Part shown: in pieces, positions 10,655 to 20,259 of the stretch | Layout: each line of letters starts with the position of its first letter | How positions within the stretch are numbered: the first letter of the stretch is position 1 | Source of the DNA: an uncultured Clostridium sp. | GTDB lineage: Bacteria; Bacillota; Clostridia; TANB77; CAG-508 | NCBI GenBank assembly: GCA_946409935.1 | Contig: CAMJYG010000001.1 | Coordinates: 5,660-69,659, forward strand | Direction of reading: 5' to 3' | Length of the DNA: 64,000 nucleotides | The notes under the pieces: generated by a model | The model's database searches: none | What the model was told of the DNA's origin: nothing | Seen by the model: the letters and a program-made list of their open reading frames with translations, nothing else | Made by a program: the position numbers and the translations under genes

Positions 10655-10685
10655 TATTATAGAAAACAAATTGGAGGAATGGAAT

Positions 10686-11918
10686 ATGTCTACTCAACAA
10701 AGAATAAATAGAGAACAGTATTTATCCATATTAAAAAATTTCAAAGACCAACAAATAATCAAGGTAATAACAGGAATAAGAAGATGTGGCAAATCTACAT
10801 TGTTAGAATTATTTCAAGATTATTTAAAGCAAAATGGAGTTAATGAAGAACAAATTATATCAATAAACTTTGAAAATGCAGATTTTGAAGAATTACAAGA
10901 TAGAAAAAAATTATATGAATTTATAAAATCAAAATTAAAAGCAGGAAGAAAAACATATATATTTTTAGACGAAATACAAAATGTAAATGAATTTGAAAAA
11001 ACAGTAGATAGTCTGTTTATAAATAAAGATGTAGATTTATATATAACAGGTTCAAATGCATATTTACTTTCTTCAGAACTTGCTACATTACTTACTGGAA
11101 GATATATAGAAATTAAAATGTTACCTTTATCATTTAAAGAATATTTATCTGCATTTGAAGACAAGACAGATCTATCTAGAAAATTTAGAAACTATTTAAG
11201 ATATAGTTCATTTCCGCAATCAATAGAATTATATAAAGTTAATCCAGAAAATATAAATATGTTTTTAGATGGAATATATAATACTATCTTATTTAAAGAT
11301 GTAATGTTAAGAAAAGGTATTTCAGATAAGAATTTATTAGAAAGGGTAACTAAATATTTATATGATAATATTGGAAATAGAACGAGTATGAAAAATATTA
11401 GTGATAATATTGAAGGAATAGAAAAAAATAGTTCTTATAATACTATTTCTAATTATATACAAGCTTTAATAGATAGTTATATTGTTTATAAAGCTAATAG
11501 ATATGATATAAAAGGAAAAGAATATTTAAAAACACAAGAAAAATATTATGTAATAGACATTGGCTTAAGATATTATATGTTAGGTCAAAACTCTAATAGA
11601 GACATGGGACACATTTTAGAAAATATTGTATATCTTGAGTTATTAAGAAGAGGATTCGAGGTTTACATAGGAAAAGTGGACGATTTAGAAGTTGATTTTG
11701 TAGCTAAAAATTCTAAAGAAACTATATATTATCAAGTTGCATTAACAACAAGAGAAGAAACAAATACCCCAAATTCTATATTAGAACGTGAATTGGCGCC
11801 ATTAAGGAAAATAAATGATAATTATCCTAAATATATTTTAACGTTAGATGATGATTTGGAAGCAGATTTCGAAGGAATAAAGAAAATTAATGTAATAGAT
11901 TGGTTATTAGCATTGTGA
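10686..11918 (+). CDS. AAA-family ATPase (AAA_14/DUF4143-like)
   Basis: ATG at 10686 is preceded by GGAGGAA. Walker A is GIRRCGKST and Walker B is IFLDEIQ, with a DUF4143-like C-terminal half. Confidence 0.7.
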   Translation: MSTQQRINREQYLSILKNFKDQQIIKVITGIRRCGKSTLLELFQDYLKQNGVNEEQIISINFENADFEELQDRKKLYEFIKSKLKAGRKTYIFLDEIQNVNEFEKTVDSLFINKDVDLYITGSNAYLLSSELATLLTGRYIEIKMLPLSFKEYLSAFEDKTDLSRKFRNYLRYSSFPQSIELYKVNPENINMFLDGIYNTILFKDVMLRKGISDKNLLERVTKYLYDNIGNRTSMKNISDNIEGIEKNSSYNTISNYIQALIDSYIVYKANRYDIKGKEYLKTQEKYYVIDIGLRYYMLGQNSNRDMGHILENIVYLELLRRGFEVYIGKVDDLEVDFVAKNSKETIYYQVALTTREETNTPNSILERELAPLRKINDNYPKYILTLDDDLEADFEGIKKINVIDWLLAL

Positions 11919-11946
11919 TTTGTTCAAGAAAGGAATGGAATTTAAA

Positions 11947-12699
11947 ATGTCAAAATTTTTTATAAATACAGAACAAATAAATCAAAATACAATCTGTATT
12001 AAAGGACAAGACGTAAATCATATAAAAAATGTATTAAGAAAAAAGATAAATGATGAAATAATAATATGTGATGCACAAGAATCGAAAGATTATTTCTGTA
12101 AAATAGTAGATATTATGGATGATGAAATAGTTTGTGAGATAAACAAAAAAATAGATAATGATGTTGAATCTAATATAAATGTAACAATATTTCAAGGGTT
12201 ACCAAAATCAGATAAAATGGAATTGGTAATACAAAAGGCTGTTGAATTAGGTGCTTTTGAAATAACACCAATTGAAATGAAAAGATGTGTAGTAAAACTT
12301 AATGAAAAAGAAAAAAATAAAAAAATTGAAAGATGGCAAAAAATTTCTGAAGTGGCAGCAAAACAATGTGGAAGGGGAATTATACCACAAATAAATAATA
12401 TTATTTCTGTAAAAGATGTTTGTAATTTGTGTAATAAATATGATATATTATTAGTAGCCTATGAAAATGAAAAAGAAAACACCTTAAAGAAAGAAATTGA
12501 TAATATAAAAAACACATTCACAAAAAAAGAAATAAGTATTGGAATTCTTATAGGACCAGAAGGCGGAATAGATGAAAATGAATTAGAAAAATTAAGGGAA
12601 AGCGGTGCAAAAATAGTAACATTAGGAAAGAGAATTTTAAGAACGGAGACTGTGGCGTTGAATATAATTAGCATTATTATGTATGAATTTGAAAAATGA
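11947..12699 (+). CDS. rsmE: 16S rRNA (uracil1498-N3)-methyltransferase
   Basis: Motifs LIGPEGGIDENE and ILRTETVAL are typical of RsmE. The start is chosen at MSKFF.. and 11920/11935 are alternatives. Confidence 0.85.
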   Translation: MSKFFINTEQINQNTICIKGQDVNHIKNVLRKKINDEIIICDAQESKDYFCKIVDIMDDEIVCEINKKIDNDVESNINVTIFQGLPKSDKMELVIQKAVELGAFEITPIEMKRCVVKLNEKEKNKKIERWQKISEVAAKQCGRGIIPQINNIISVKDVCNLCNKYDILLVAYENEKENTLKKEIDNIKNTFTKKEISIGILIGPEGGIDENELEKLRESGAKIVTLGKRILRTETVALNIISIIMYEFEK

Positions 12700-12814
12700 T
12701 TGGCAAATTTCGTCGTTTAACTGCACTGCGAAAGCTATCAACGTACAAAAAGTACGCCTCAAGCTTTCTTGCTTGTTAGCCTAGAAATTTATCCAATTCT
12801 TTTTCAAATTTCAT
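12683..12814 (+). repeat. Family C hairpin element overlapping the rsmE 3' end
   Basis: Loop CAAC GTACAAAAAGTAC GCCTC (12739-12760) and inner arms TTGGCAAATTTCG.. / ..AGAAATTTATCCAA. The outer arms TATGAATTTGAAAAA (within rsmE) and TTTTTCAAATTTCATA extend the pairing. Confidence 0.8.
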
Positions 12815-12889
12815 AATAGTAAGGTGATAAAAACAGTATTTTTAATATGAAAAAATAATTGGCAAATAAAGAAAGGAAAGTAGTCTTAA

Positions 12890-13630
12890 ATGAAAGAAGA
12901 AAAAATAGAAAAGATGGAAGAAAATATTGAAACGGAAAAAGAGAAAGAAATAGATAGTAATAAGGGAAAAAAAGAGAAAAAAATACCAAAAGAAATATCT
13001 CAAGAAATTTTAAAAAAGATTTTTAAAAATCTTTTAAAAGGAATAGCATTAATGCTATATTTTATAGTGCTAAATATTGCATATATAAATATGAAACAAG
13101 AACGATTAATAGAAGATATAAAAATATTTGCAGGTACATTTTTAGTAATGGGAATTATAATGCTAGAAAGAGCATATAAAACAGAAAAATTCGATACAAC
13201 TTTAACAGCAATTGAATTTATGTGTATATCAATACATAGTTTAACTATAATGCATGTAATAACAATGTTTAAATATGATTTTAGACATTATTTATTAACA
13301 TCTTCCTATATTTTTTCTATTTATTATGTTTTAAAATCTATTATATTATATACAAAAGAAAAAAGAAATTATTTAAAAAGTTTTAGTGACATATCAGAAA
13401 TTGTAAAAAAAGATGAACCATTAAAAAAAGAAGCTAAAAAGAAAAATGGTGATGATGAAGAAGACAAAAAAGAAGTAGAAAAAGAGAAAAGTGAAAATAA
13501 AAAAGTAGAAAAGATAGCTAAATCACAAAAGAAAAATAAAAACAAGCAAAATAATTCTAAAACAAAAAATTCAAAAAGTAAAAAAAGCAAATCTCAGAAA
13601 AGTAATAAATCGAAGCAAAATAAATCATAA
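12890..13630 (+). CDS. Membrane protein with Lys/Glu-rich termini
   Basis: 246 aa with about 4 hydrophobic segments in the middle and highly charged low-complexity N- and C-terminal tails (..KSKKSKSQKSNKSKQNKS). Confidence 0.55.
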   Translation: MKEEKIEKMEENIETEKEKEIDSNKGKKEKKIPKEISQEILKKIFKNLLKGIALMLYFIVLNIAYINMKQERLIEDIKIFAGTFLVMGIIMLERAYKTEKFDTTLTAIEFMCISIHSLTIMHVITMFKYDFRHYLLTSSYIFSIYYVLKSIILYTKEKRNYLKSFSDISEIVKKDEPLKKEAKKKNGDDEEDKKEVEKEKSENKKVEKIAKSQKKNKNKQNNSKTKNSKSKKSKSQKSNKSKQNKS

Positions 13631-13665
13631 ATTGGTATAAATTTAAGCCTATTATAAATCCCAAA

Positions 13666-13857
13666 GTTTCAAGTTAATATATAATATTTTTGAAAAAAGC
13701 GAATTGAAAGTGAGCAAGTTAGAAATTCTAATAAATTTTATGGAAAGAGTTCATTTTCGAAGAAAATGGAAGGGAGCCATAAAATTTAAGTGAAGTTCTT
13801 ACGCAGTTCAGCTTGAACAAGCATTTTTGAAAAAAATATTATATATTAACTTGAAAC
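13666..13857. repeat. Family E long-hairpin element (192 bp)
   Basis: Termini are GTTTCAAGTTAATATATAATATTTTTGAAAAAA and TTTTTGAAAAAAATATTATATATTAACTTGAAAC. The TATATATTAACTTGAA module is shared with 15337-15390, 23594-23656 and 31727-31768. Confidence 0.8.
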
Positions 13858-13888
13858 AATAATACATTGGAAAGGAAAAAGATTAAAA

Positions 13889-14764
13889 ATGATTAAAAGT
13901 ATGACCGGATATGGTAAAGCACTATTATCTCAAAATTCTAGAGATTATCAAATTGAAATTAAAAGTGTAAACCATAGATATTTAGATATTTCTGTAAAGA
14001 TGCCACGACAACTTAGCTATTTGGAGGAAGCGGTAAAAAAAGAAATATCAAAAAAAATAAAAAGAGGAAAAGTAGATGTTTTAATAACATTTGAAAATAA
14101 TTCTGCAGAAGGAAAAGAAATAAAAATAAATACTGAACTTGCAAAAATGTACATAAAAGAACTAAGAAATTTAGCAGAACAGGAAAATATACAATCTAAC
14201 ATAGAGGTAACAGAAATTTCCAAATTTCCAGATGTTCTAAGTGTACAAAATACTCAAGAAGACGAAATAATAAAAAATGAAGTAATAGAAGTAACTAAAA
14301 TAGCTACAGTGAATTTATTTGATATGAGACAAATAGAAGGAGAAAAAATTTCAGAAGATTTAAAAAGAAGAATTTGTAATATAGAACAAAAAGTAAATGA
14401 AATATCTGAAATTTCTACTGGACTTATTGAAGAATATGTAGTAAAATTAGAAAGAAGAATAAAAGAATTGTTGAATAATCAAGAAATTGATGAAAATAGA
14501 TTAGCACAAGAAGTAGTAATATATGCAGATAAATGTTCTATAGAAGAAGAAATTACAAGAATAAATAGCCATATAGTGCAATTTCGTGATTTATTAAATT
14601 CAGAAGAAGCAATTGGAAAAAAATTAGATTTTATAATACAAGAAATGAATAGAGAAACAAATACTATAGGTTCAAAATCGAATAGCTTAAATATAACAAA
14701 TGGCGTAATAGATATCAAAACAGAGCTAGAAAACATAAGAGAACAAATACAAAACATAGAATAA
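13889..14764 (+). CDS. yicC: YicC/YloC family endoribonuclease
   Basis: N-terminus MIKSMTGYG and C-terminus [14 protein letters not shown] are typical of the YicC family. Confidence 0.85.
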   Translation: MIKSMTGYGKALLSQNSRDYQIEIKSVNHRYLDISVKMPRQLSYLEEAVKKEISKKIKRGKVDVLITFENNSAEGKEIKINTELAKMYIKELRNLAEQENIQSNIEVTEISKFPDVLSVQNTQEDEIIKNEVIEVTKIATVNLFDMRQIEGEKISEDLKRRICNIEQKVNEISEISTGLIEEYVVKLERRIKELLNNQEIDENRLAQEVVIYADKCSIEEEITRINSHIVQFRDLLNSEEAIGKKLDFIIQEMNRETNTIGSKSNSLNITNGVIDIKTELENIREQIQNIE

Positions 14765-14783
14765 AAAGAAAGGATTTGATGCT

Positions 14784-15092
14784 ATGCAATTAGTAAATAT
14801 AGGATTTGGAAATATTGTTTCTGCAGAGAGAATTGTAGCAATAGTAAGCCCAGAATCAGCTCCTATAAAAAGATTGGTTCAAGAAGCTAAAGATAATAAA
14901 ACAGCAGTAGATGCTACATATGGTAGAAGGACAAGAGCAGTATTAATTATGGATTCTGGTCATATTATTCTTTCGGCTGTTCAGCCAGAAACGGTTGGAG
15001 GAAGAATTGATAAAAATATATCTCAAGATGATATTAATAAACAAGCTGCTAGTGTTGAGGCAACCAAACAAGAAGGTAACGTTGAAAAATAA
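14784..15092 (+). CDS. remA: RemA/DUF370 family regulator, with about 25 aa C-terminal extension
   Basis: [56 protein letters not shown]. Confidence 0.9.
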   Translation: MQLVNIGFGNIVSAERIVAIVSPESAPIKRLVQEAKDNKTAVDATYGRRTRAVLIMDSGHIILSAVQPETVGGRIDKNISQDDINKQAASVEATKQEGNVEK

Positions 15093-15146
15093 TTAGAATT
15101 TTGACTACGTTATATTATATATAATTAAGAAAGGATGGGTTTAAAA

Positions 15147-15335
15147 ATGATAGTAAAACCAACAGTTGCAGAATTATTAACAAAAGCACAAAATAGATAT
15201 GAATTAGTAATTGCAACAGCAAGAAGAGCAAGACAGATTTCATTAGGTGATGAACCAAAAACTAATGTAAAAGAAGAATCACCTGTAACATTAGCAGCAA
15301 ATGAAATTGCTGAAGGTAAAGTTGAAATAGTATAA
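15147..15335 (+). CDS. rpoZ: DNA-directed RNA polymerase subunit omega
   Basis: MIVKPTVAELL..NRYELVIATARRARQI. The start is chosen after the AGAAAGGA RBS. Confidence 0.85.
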   Translation: MIVKPTVAELLTKAQNRYELVIATARRARQISLGDEPKTNVKEESPVTLAANEIAEGKVEIV

Positions 15336-15336
15336 G

Positions 15337-15390
15337 AAAAAATATTATATATTAACTTGAAGCAATGCTAAATCAGTCGTGAATTGTAAC
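15337..15390 (+). repeat. Half-element (right arm type) ending in GTGAATTGTAAC
   Basis: AAAAAATATTATATATTAACTTGAAGCAATGCTAAATCAGTCGTGAATTGTAAC begins 2 nt after the rpoZ stop. Confidence 0.7.
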
Positions 15391-15441
15391 AAAAAAATTA
15401 GTAAGTAATTTGAAATTCTAAAAAAGGGGATGTAGTTTTTA

Positions 15442-15999
15442 ATGGGTAAAAAACATATTATATCACTTGGTGGAGAATTAGCAAGTGGAAAAGGTACAGT
15501 TTCTAAAATACTAATGAAGGAATTAAATTTTGGTGTATATAAAAATGGAGATTATTTTAGAAAATTAGCAAGAGATAAAGGTATGGATATAACAACTTTT
15601 AATGAATATGTAAAAGAACATCCAGAAATTGATAAGCAAGTAGAATATAGTGCAGCAGAATATGCAAAAACTAATGATAATTTTATAATAGATGCACGAT
15701 TAGGTTGGTATGCTGTACCAGAATCTTTTAAAGTATATTTAAAAGTAGATATAAATGTTGCAGCCAAAAGAGCATTTGAAGACAAAGAAAGAAAAAGCTC
15801 TGAAAATTTTGAAACAATTGAAGAACAAAAACTAGATTTAGAAAAAAGATATAAATTGGAAAATGAGAGATATTTTAATGTATATGGCGTAAGAAAAGAG
15901 GATGAATCAAATTACGATTTGGTAATAGATACTACAGCGCTTACTCCACAAGAGGTAGCAGATAAAATAAGAATAGAGTATTTAAAATGGTTAGGATAA
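15442..15999 (+). CDS. Cytidylate-kinase-like P-loop NMP kinase family protein
   Basis: P-loop GGELASGKGT. Size (185 aa) and layout match a (d)CMP kinase-like protein. Confidence 0.6.
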   Translation: MGKKHIISLGGELASGKGTVSKILMKELNFGVYKNGDYFRKLARDKGMDITTFNEYVKEHPEIDKQVEYSAAEYAKTNDNFIIDARLGWYAVPESFKVYLKVDINVAAKRAFEDKERKSSENFETIEEQKLDLEKRYKLENERYFNVYGVRKEDESNYDLVIDTTALTPQEVADKIRIEYLKWLG

Positions 16000-16016
16000 T
16001 TTGAAAATAGATTGAA

Positions 16017-16050
16017 CCCACGCATTATTTTGTGTGGGCTTAGTTTTTTT
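16017..16050 (+). terminator. Rho-independent terminator
   Basis: CCCACGC..GTGTGGG stem followed by T7. Confidence 0.6.
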
Positions 16051-16110
16051 ATACAATAGGACGAGCTATTTAGGAATTTAAAGCAAAATCATGAAAGGAA
16101 TGAATTATGT

Positions 16111-18474
16111 ATGATAGCAGAAGTCATAATAAATAGAACAGCGAAGAAATTAAATAGAATATTTGATTATAACATTCCAGAAGATATTGAGGGTTTTATT
16201 GTTGTTGGCAGTAAAGTATTAGTTCCGTTTGGAAAAGGCAAAAAAATAGAAGAAGGTTTCGTTACAAAAATTAAAGAAAAAACAGATTATGAATACGAAA
16301 TAAAAGATATTGTAAAAGTAGAATTAAATTTAACAAATGAACAGATAGAATTAGCTAAGTGGATGGCAAATAGATATTATTGCAATGTTTCAGATTGTGT
16401 GAATTTAATGTTAGCTCCAGGTACGAAAAGTAAAAATTTAGAAAAAAGAATAGATGATAAGAAAATAAATTTTGTAAATTTAAAGAAAACAGCAGATGAA
16501 ATTATGTATGATATAGATAATAAAAAAATAAAATCTGAAAAACAGATAAAATTATTAGAATTTATTATAAAAAATGGAGAATTTACAATACCAGAAATAG
16601 AGGAATTTACGCAATGTTCTAGAGCAATAGTAAATACACTTGTGAAAAATGGATATTTAGAAATATCTGAAAAAAAGATAGATAGAAATCCTTTAGCTCA
16701 TAAAAATTTGGAAGAAATAAGAAAAAAAGAAAAGACTAAAAAACTAGATTTAACGCAAGAACAGCAAGAAGCATATAAGAAAGTTGAAGAATCTATAGAA
16801 AAAAAAGAATACAAATCATTTTTATTGTATGGTGTTACAGGTTCAGGAAAGACAGAAATTTATTTGCAATTAATAGAAAAAGTGTTAGAAAATCAGAAAT
16901 CATCAATATTATTAGTGCCAGAAATTTCTTTAACACCTCAAATGATAGATAGATTTATAGCGAGATTTGGAAAGGAAAATATAGCTGTACTACATAGCAA
17001 ATTATCAACAGGTGAAAGACATGATGAATGGACAAGAATTAAAGAAAACAAAGCTAAAATAGTAATTGGCGCAAGGTCTGCAATATTTGCACCTGCACAA
17101 AATTTGGGTATAATAATAATAGATGAAGAACATGATAGCTCATATAAATCTGAATCAAATCCAAAATATGATGCGAAAGAAGTTGCAAAATATATAGCTA
17201 AAATAAAAAAATGTCCATTATTATTAGGAAGTGCAACGCCAGATGTACGAACATATTATAATACTTTTGTAGCTTTAGAAGAAGATACAATACTAAATAA
17301 AGCTACCCAAAATGAAGTTTTAAGTAAATTTTCTGAAAAAACTCTTGAAAAAGAAAATGAGAAAGAAGAGGACAAAGAAAAAATAGAGTTATTAAAACTT
17401 ACAAAAAGAGCTAACAATTCAGCTTTACCCAAAGTAGAAATAATAGACTTAAAGCAAGAATTGGCAAATGGAAATCATTCAATGTTAAGCATGGCTTTAT
17501 ATTCAGCTATAGAAGAGAATATTAAAAATAAGAAACAAACAATATTATTTTTAAATAGACGTGGATATTCTACATTTGTAATGTGCAGAAATTGTGGATA
17601 TACAGTCAAATGTAAAAACTGCAATATAAGTCTTACATATCATAGTTTTGAAAAAAAATTAAAATGCCATTATTGTGGCTATGAGGAAAATGTAGTAACA
17701 ATATGCCCAGAATGTCATAGTGATAAAATTAGATATTTTGGTACTGGAACTCAAAAATTAGAACAAGAGATAAATAAACAATTTCCAAATGCAAAAACAA
17801 TAAGAATGGATGTAGATACAGTAACGAAAAAGAATTCACATGAAGAAATATTAAATAAATTTAAAAATGAAAATATAGATATTTTAATAGGAACACAAAT
17901 GGTTGTAAAAGGACATCATTTTCCTAATGTAACATTAGTAGGAGTAATAGCAGCAGATGGTTCACTAAATATTGACGATTATAGAGCAAGTGAAAGAACA
18001 TTTCAAATTCTAACACAAGTTGCTGGAAGAGCTGGAAGAGAAAATACAACAGGAAGAGTAATTATACAAACATATAATCCTTATGATTTCAGCATTCAAA
18101 CTGCTAAAAAACAAAATTACGAAATGTTTTATGAAACAGAAATTGCGATAAGAAAACAATTGAAATATCCTCCATTTTGCGATATAATATTAGTGAATTT
18201 TAACAGTACAAGTGAAAATGAGATAAAAAAAGTAAGCAATTGGGTATTTGAATATTTATGTAAAAGACTAAATAAAGATGAATACAAAATTTTTAAACCT
18301 ATGCCATCTCCTATTGATAAAATCCAAAATAGGTATAGATGGAGAATAATTGTAAAAGGAATCATGTCAAAACAAGCAAATTTAATATTAAATGAATGTT
18401 TAAAAGAATTGTATTCTAAAGATTTAAAAAACACTAGAGTTTCAATAGATGTTAATTGTAATAATATGTTCTAG
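16111..18474 (+). CDS. priA: primosomal replication-restart helicase PriA
   Basis: Walker A GVTGSGKTE, Walker B IIIDEEHD, and Cys-rich zinc region CRNCGY..CKNC..CHYCGY..CPEC. There is a charged insertion (..EKENEKEEDKEK..). Confidence 0.9.
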   Translation: MIAEVIINRTAKKLNRIFDYNIPEDIEGFIVVGSKVLVPFGKGKKIEEGFVTKIKEKTDYEYEIKDIVKVELNLTNEQIELAKWMANRYYCNVSDCVNLMLAPGTKSKNLEKRIDDKKINFVNLKKTADEIMYDIDNKKIKSEKQIKLLEFIIKNGEFTIPEIEEFTQCSRAIVNTLVKNGYLEISEKKIDRNPLAHKNLEEIRKKEKTKKLDLTQEQQEAYKKVEESIEKKEYKSFLLYGVTGSGKTEIYLQLIEKVLENQKSSILLVPEISLTPQMIDRFIARFGKENIAVLHSKLSTGERHDEWTRIKENKAKIVIGARSAIFAPAQNLGIIIIDEEHDSSYKSESNPKYDAKEVAKYIAKIKKCPLLLGSATPDVRTYYNTFVALEEDTILNKATQNEVLSKFSEKTLEKENEKEEDKEKIELLKLTKRANNSALPKVEIIDLKQELANGNHSMLSMALYSAIEENIKNKKQTILFLNRRGYSTFVMCRNCGYTVKCKNCNISLTYHSFEKKLKCHYCGYEENVVTICPECHSDKIRYFGTGTQKLEQEINKQFPNAKTIRMDVDTVTKKNSHEEILNKFKNENIDILIGTQMVVKGHHFPNVTLVGVIAADGSLNIDDYRASERTFQILTQVAGRAGRENTTGRVIIQTYNPYDFSIQTAKKQNYEMFYETEIAIRKQLKYPPFCDIILVNFNSTSENEIKKVSNWVFEYLCKRLNKDEYKIFKPMPSPIDKIQNRYRWRIIVKGIMSKQANLILNECLKELYSKDLKNTRVSIDVNCNNMF

Positions 18475-18475
18475 T

Positions 18476-18566
18476 GTTACAATTCACAGCCGTTTATAAT
18501 CTAATATATAAATGTTAATATATAAATATTTTTCAAAAAATCTCGGCTACATTACATATTTAAGAA
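18476..18566 (+). repeat. Family A half-element (left arm only)
   Basis: GTTACAATTCACAGCCGTTTATAATCTAATATATAAATGTTAATATATAAATATTTTTCAAAAAATCTCGGCTACATTACATATTTAAGAA is nearly identical to 640-730. It starts 1 nt after the priA stop. Confidence 0.9.
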
Positions 18567-18588
18567 GATGGAAGGAATGGTAATAATA

Positions 18589-19056
18589 ATGGCAATTAGA
18601 AATTTAAGATATGAAGGTGACGAAATACTAAAAAAGAAATCAAGGGATGTAGAAAAAATTGACGATAAATTACAAGTATTAATAGATGATATGATAGAAA
18701 CAATGCATAAATACAATGGAGTAGGACTAGCTGCAGTTCAAGTTGGAATATTAAAGAGACTTATTGTAATAGATCTATATGATGATAAAGGACCAATAGT
18801 TTTAATAAATCCAGTAATTTTAAAAACAAAAGGTGAACAGGAAGTAGATGAAGGATGTTTAAGTTTTCCAAACCAATTTGCAAAAGTAAAAAGACCAGCA
18901 GAAGTTACAGCAGAATACATGGATAGAAACGGAAAAATGGTAAAAGTAAAAGCAAAAGAACTATTAGCACAAGCAATATGCCATGAAGTAGATCATTTAA
19001 ATGGAGAAGTATTTGTAGATAAAATAATTCCGGGAACTTTGGAATATGTAGAATAA
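18589..19056 (+). CDS. def: peptide deformylase
   Basis: Motifs GVGLAAVQVG, EGCLSFP, HEVDHLNG. The start is chosen at MAIRNLRY.., and the ORF-track start 18568 is possible. Confidence 0.9.
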   Translation: MAIRNLRYEGDEILKKKSRDVEKIDDKLQVLIDDMIETMHKYNGVGLAAVQVGILKRLIVIDLYDDKGPIVLINPVILKTKGEQEVDEGCLSFPNQFAKVKRPAEVTAEYMDRNGKMVKVKAKELLAQAICHEVDHLNGEVFVDKIIPGTLEYVE

Positions 19057-19192
19057 TTGCCATGGGGACGCCCCTTTTGGCAATAAATTGTCATAGGGAC
19101 ATACTTGTGTAATATTATAATGTATTTGCTGTGGATAGTAACATACAGTAATATAAAAAATTTAAGATGTTATAGAAAGGGATGATTTTAAT

Positions 19193-20150
19193 ATGAATAT
19201 AGTATTTATGGGAACACCAGATTTTGCTGAAGAAAGTCTAAAAGCATTATACAATGCAAAACACAATATTATAGCTGTTGTCACAAATCCAGATAAACCT
19301 AAAGGTAGAGGAATGAAAATGGTTTCTTCAGAAGTTAAACAATTTGCTGAATCTAAAAGTATAAAAGTATATCAGCCATTAAAAATAAAAAACAATTTAG
19401 AATTTATAAATGATATAAAAGAGCTTAATCCAGATATTATATGTGTTGTAGCTTATGGAAAAATACTTCCAAAGGAAATCTTAGAGATACCTAAATTAGG
19501 GTGTATTAATGTTCATGCATCGTTATTACCAAAATATAGAGGTGCAGCGCCTATTCAGTGGGCTGTTTTAAATGGTGATAAAACAACAGGCGTAACAACA
19601 ATGTATATGGATGCTGGAATGGATACACGGTGACATGATTTTAAAACAAGAGGTACAAATAGGCGAAGATGAAACTACGGGAGAATTGTGGGATAGATTA
19701 AAAGTAGTTGGTGGAAATTTATTAATAAAAACATTACAAGAAATAGAACAAGGTACAGTAAAAAGAGAAAAACAAGGAAATGAATTTACTTTAGCACCAA
19801 TGCTTTCTAAAGAAATGGCAAAAATTGAATGGCTTAATAAAACTGCTTTAGAAATAAAAAATCTTGTAAGAGGTTTAAACCCAATTATGGGAGCATATTC
19901 ATTCTTAAATGGTAAAAAGATAAAATTCTGGAAAGTTGATATTGCTACAGATGAAGAAATTGTTATAGAAAACTTGAATTTTTTGAAAAACGGGACAGTT
20001 GTACTTTCTAATTCAAAGCAAGGCTTATTTATTAAAACAAAAGATGGAATTTTAAAAATTCTTGAAATACAAGGTGAAAATTCTAAAAAAATGCCGATTG
20101 GGGATTTTCTAAGAGGAAATAAAGTAGAAGAATTTGAAGTTTTTGAATAA
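19193..20150 (+). CDS. fmt: methionyl-tRNA formyltransferase; intact only if C19628 is skipped (+1)
   Basis: MNIVFMGTPDFA and HASLLPKYRGAAPI. Frame 1 ends at ACA CGG TGA (19625-19633), and frame +1 continues GGT GAC ATG.., giving ..MDAGMDT-G-DMILKQ... Confidence 0.85.
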
Positions 20151-20259
20151 AATATATAATATATAAAACGTAAGATGATATTAAGACAGATTGTTAGTTT
20201 ATTATATTGTTTTTTCTATTCATGATATACTAAATATATGATAGGAGAGTGATTTAGTT

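Noticed and set aside
13369-13630. The Lys-rich C-terminal tail coding region (AAA/AAG-rich), considered as a tandem DNA repeat or slippage tract.
   Set aside because: There is no regular repeat unit. It is a compositional low-complexity region within an intact ORF.
19057-19100. The hairpin TTGCCATGGGGACGCCCCTTTTGGCAA and the nearby direct repeat AATTG(C/T)CAT(G/A)GGGAC between def and fmt.
   Set aside because: It is probably a simple intergenic stem-loop (partial terminator or stabiliser). It occurs only once in the window, and I could support nothing further.
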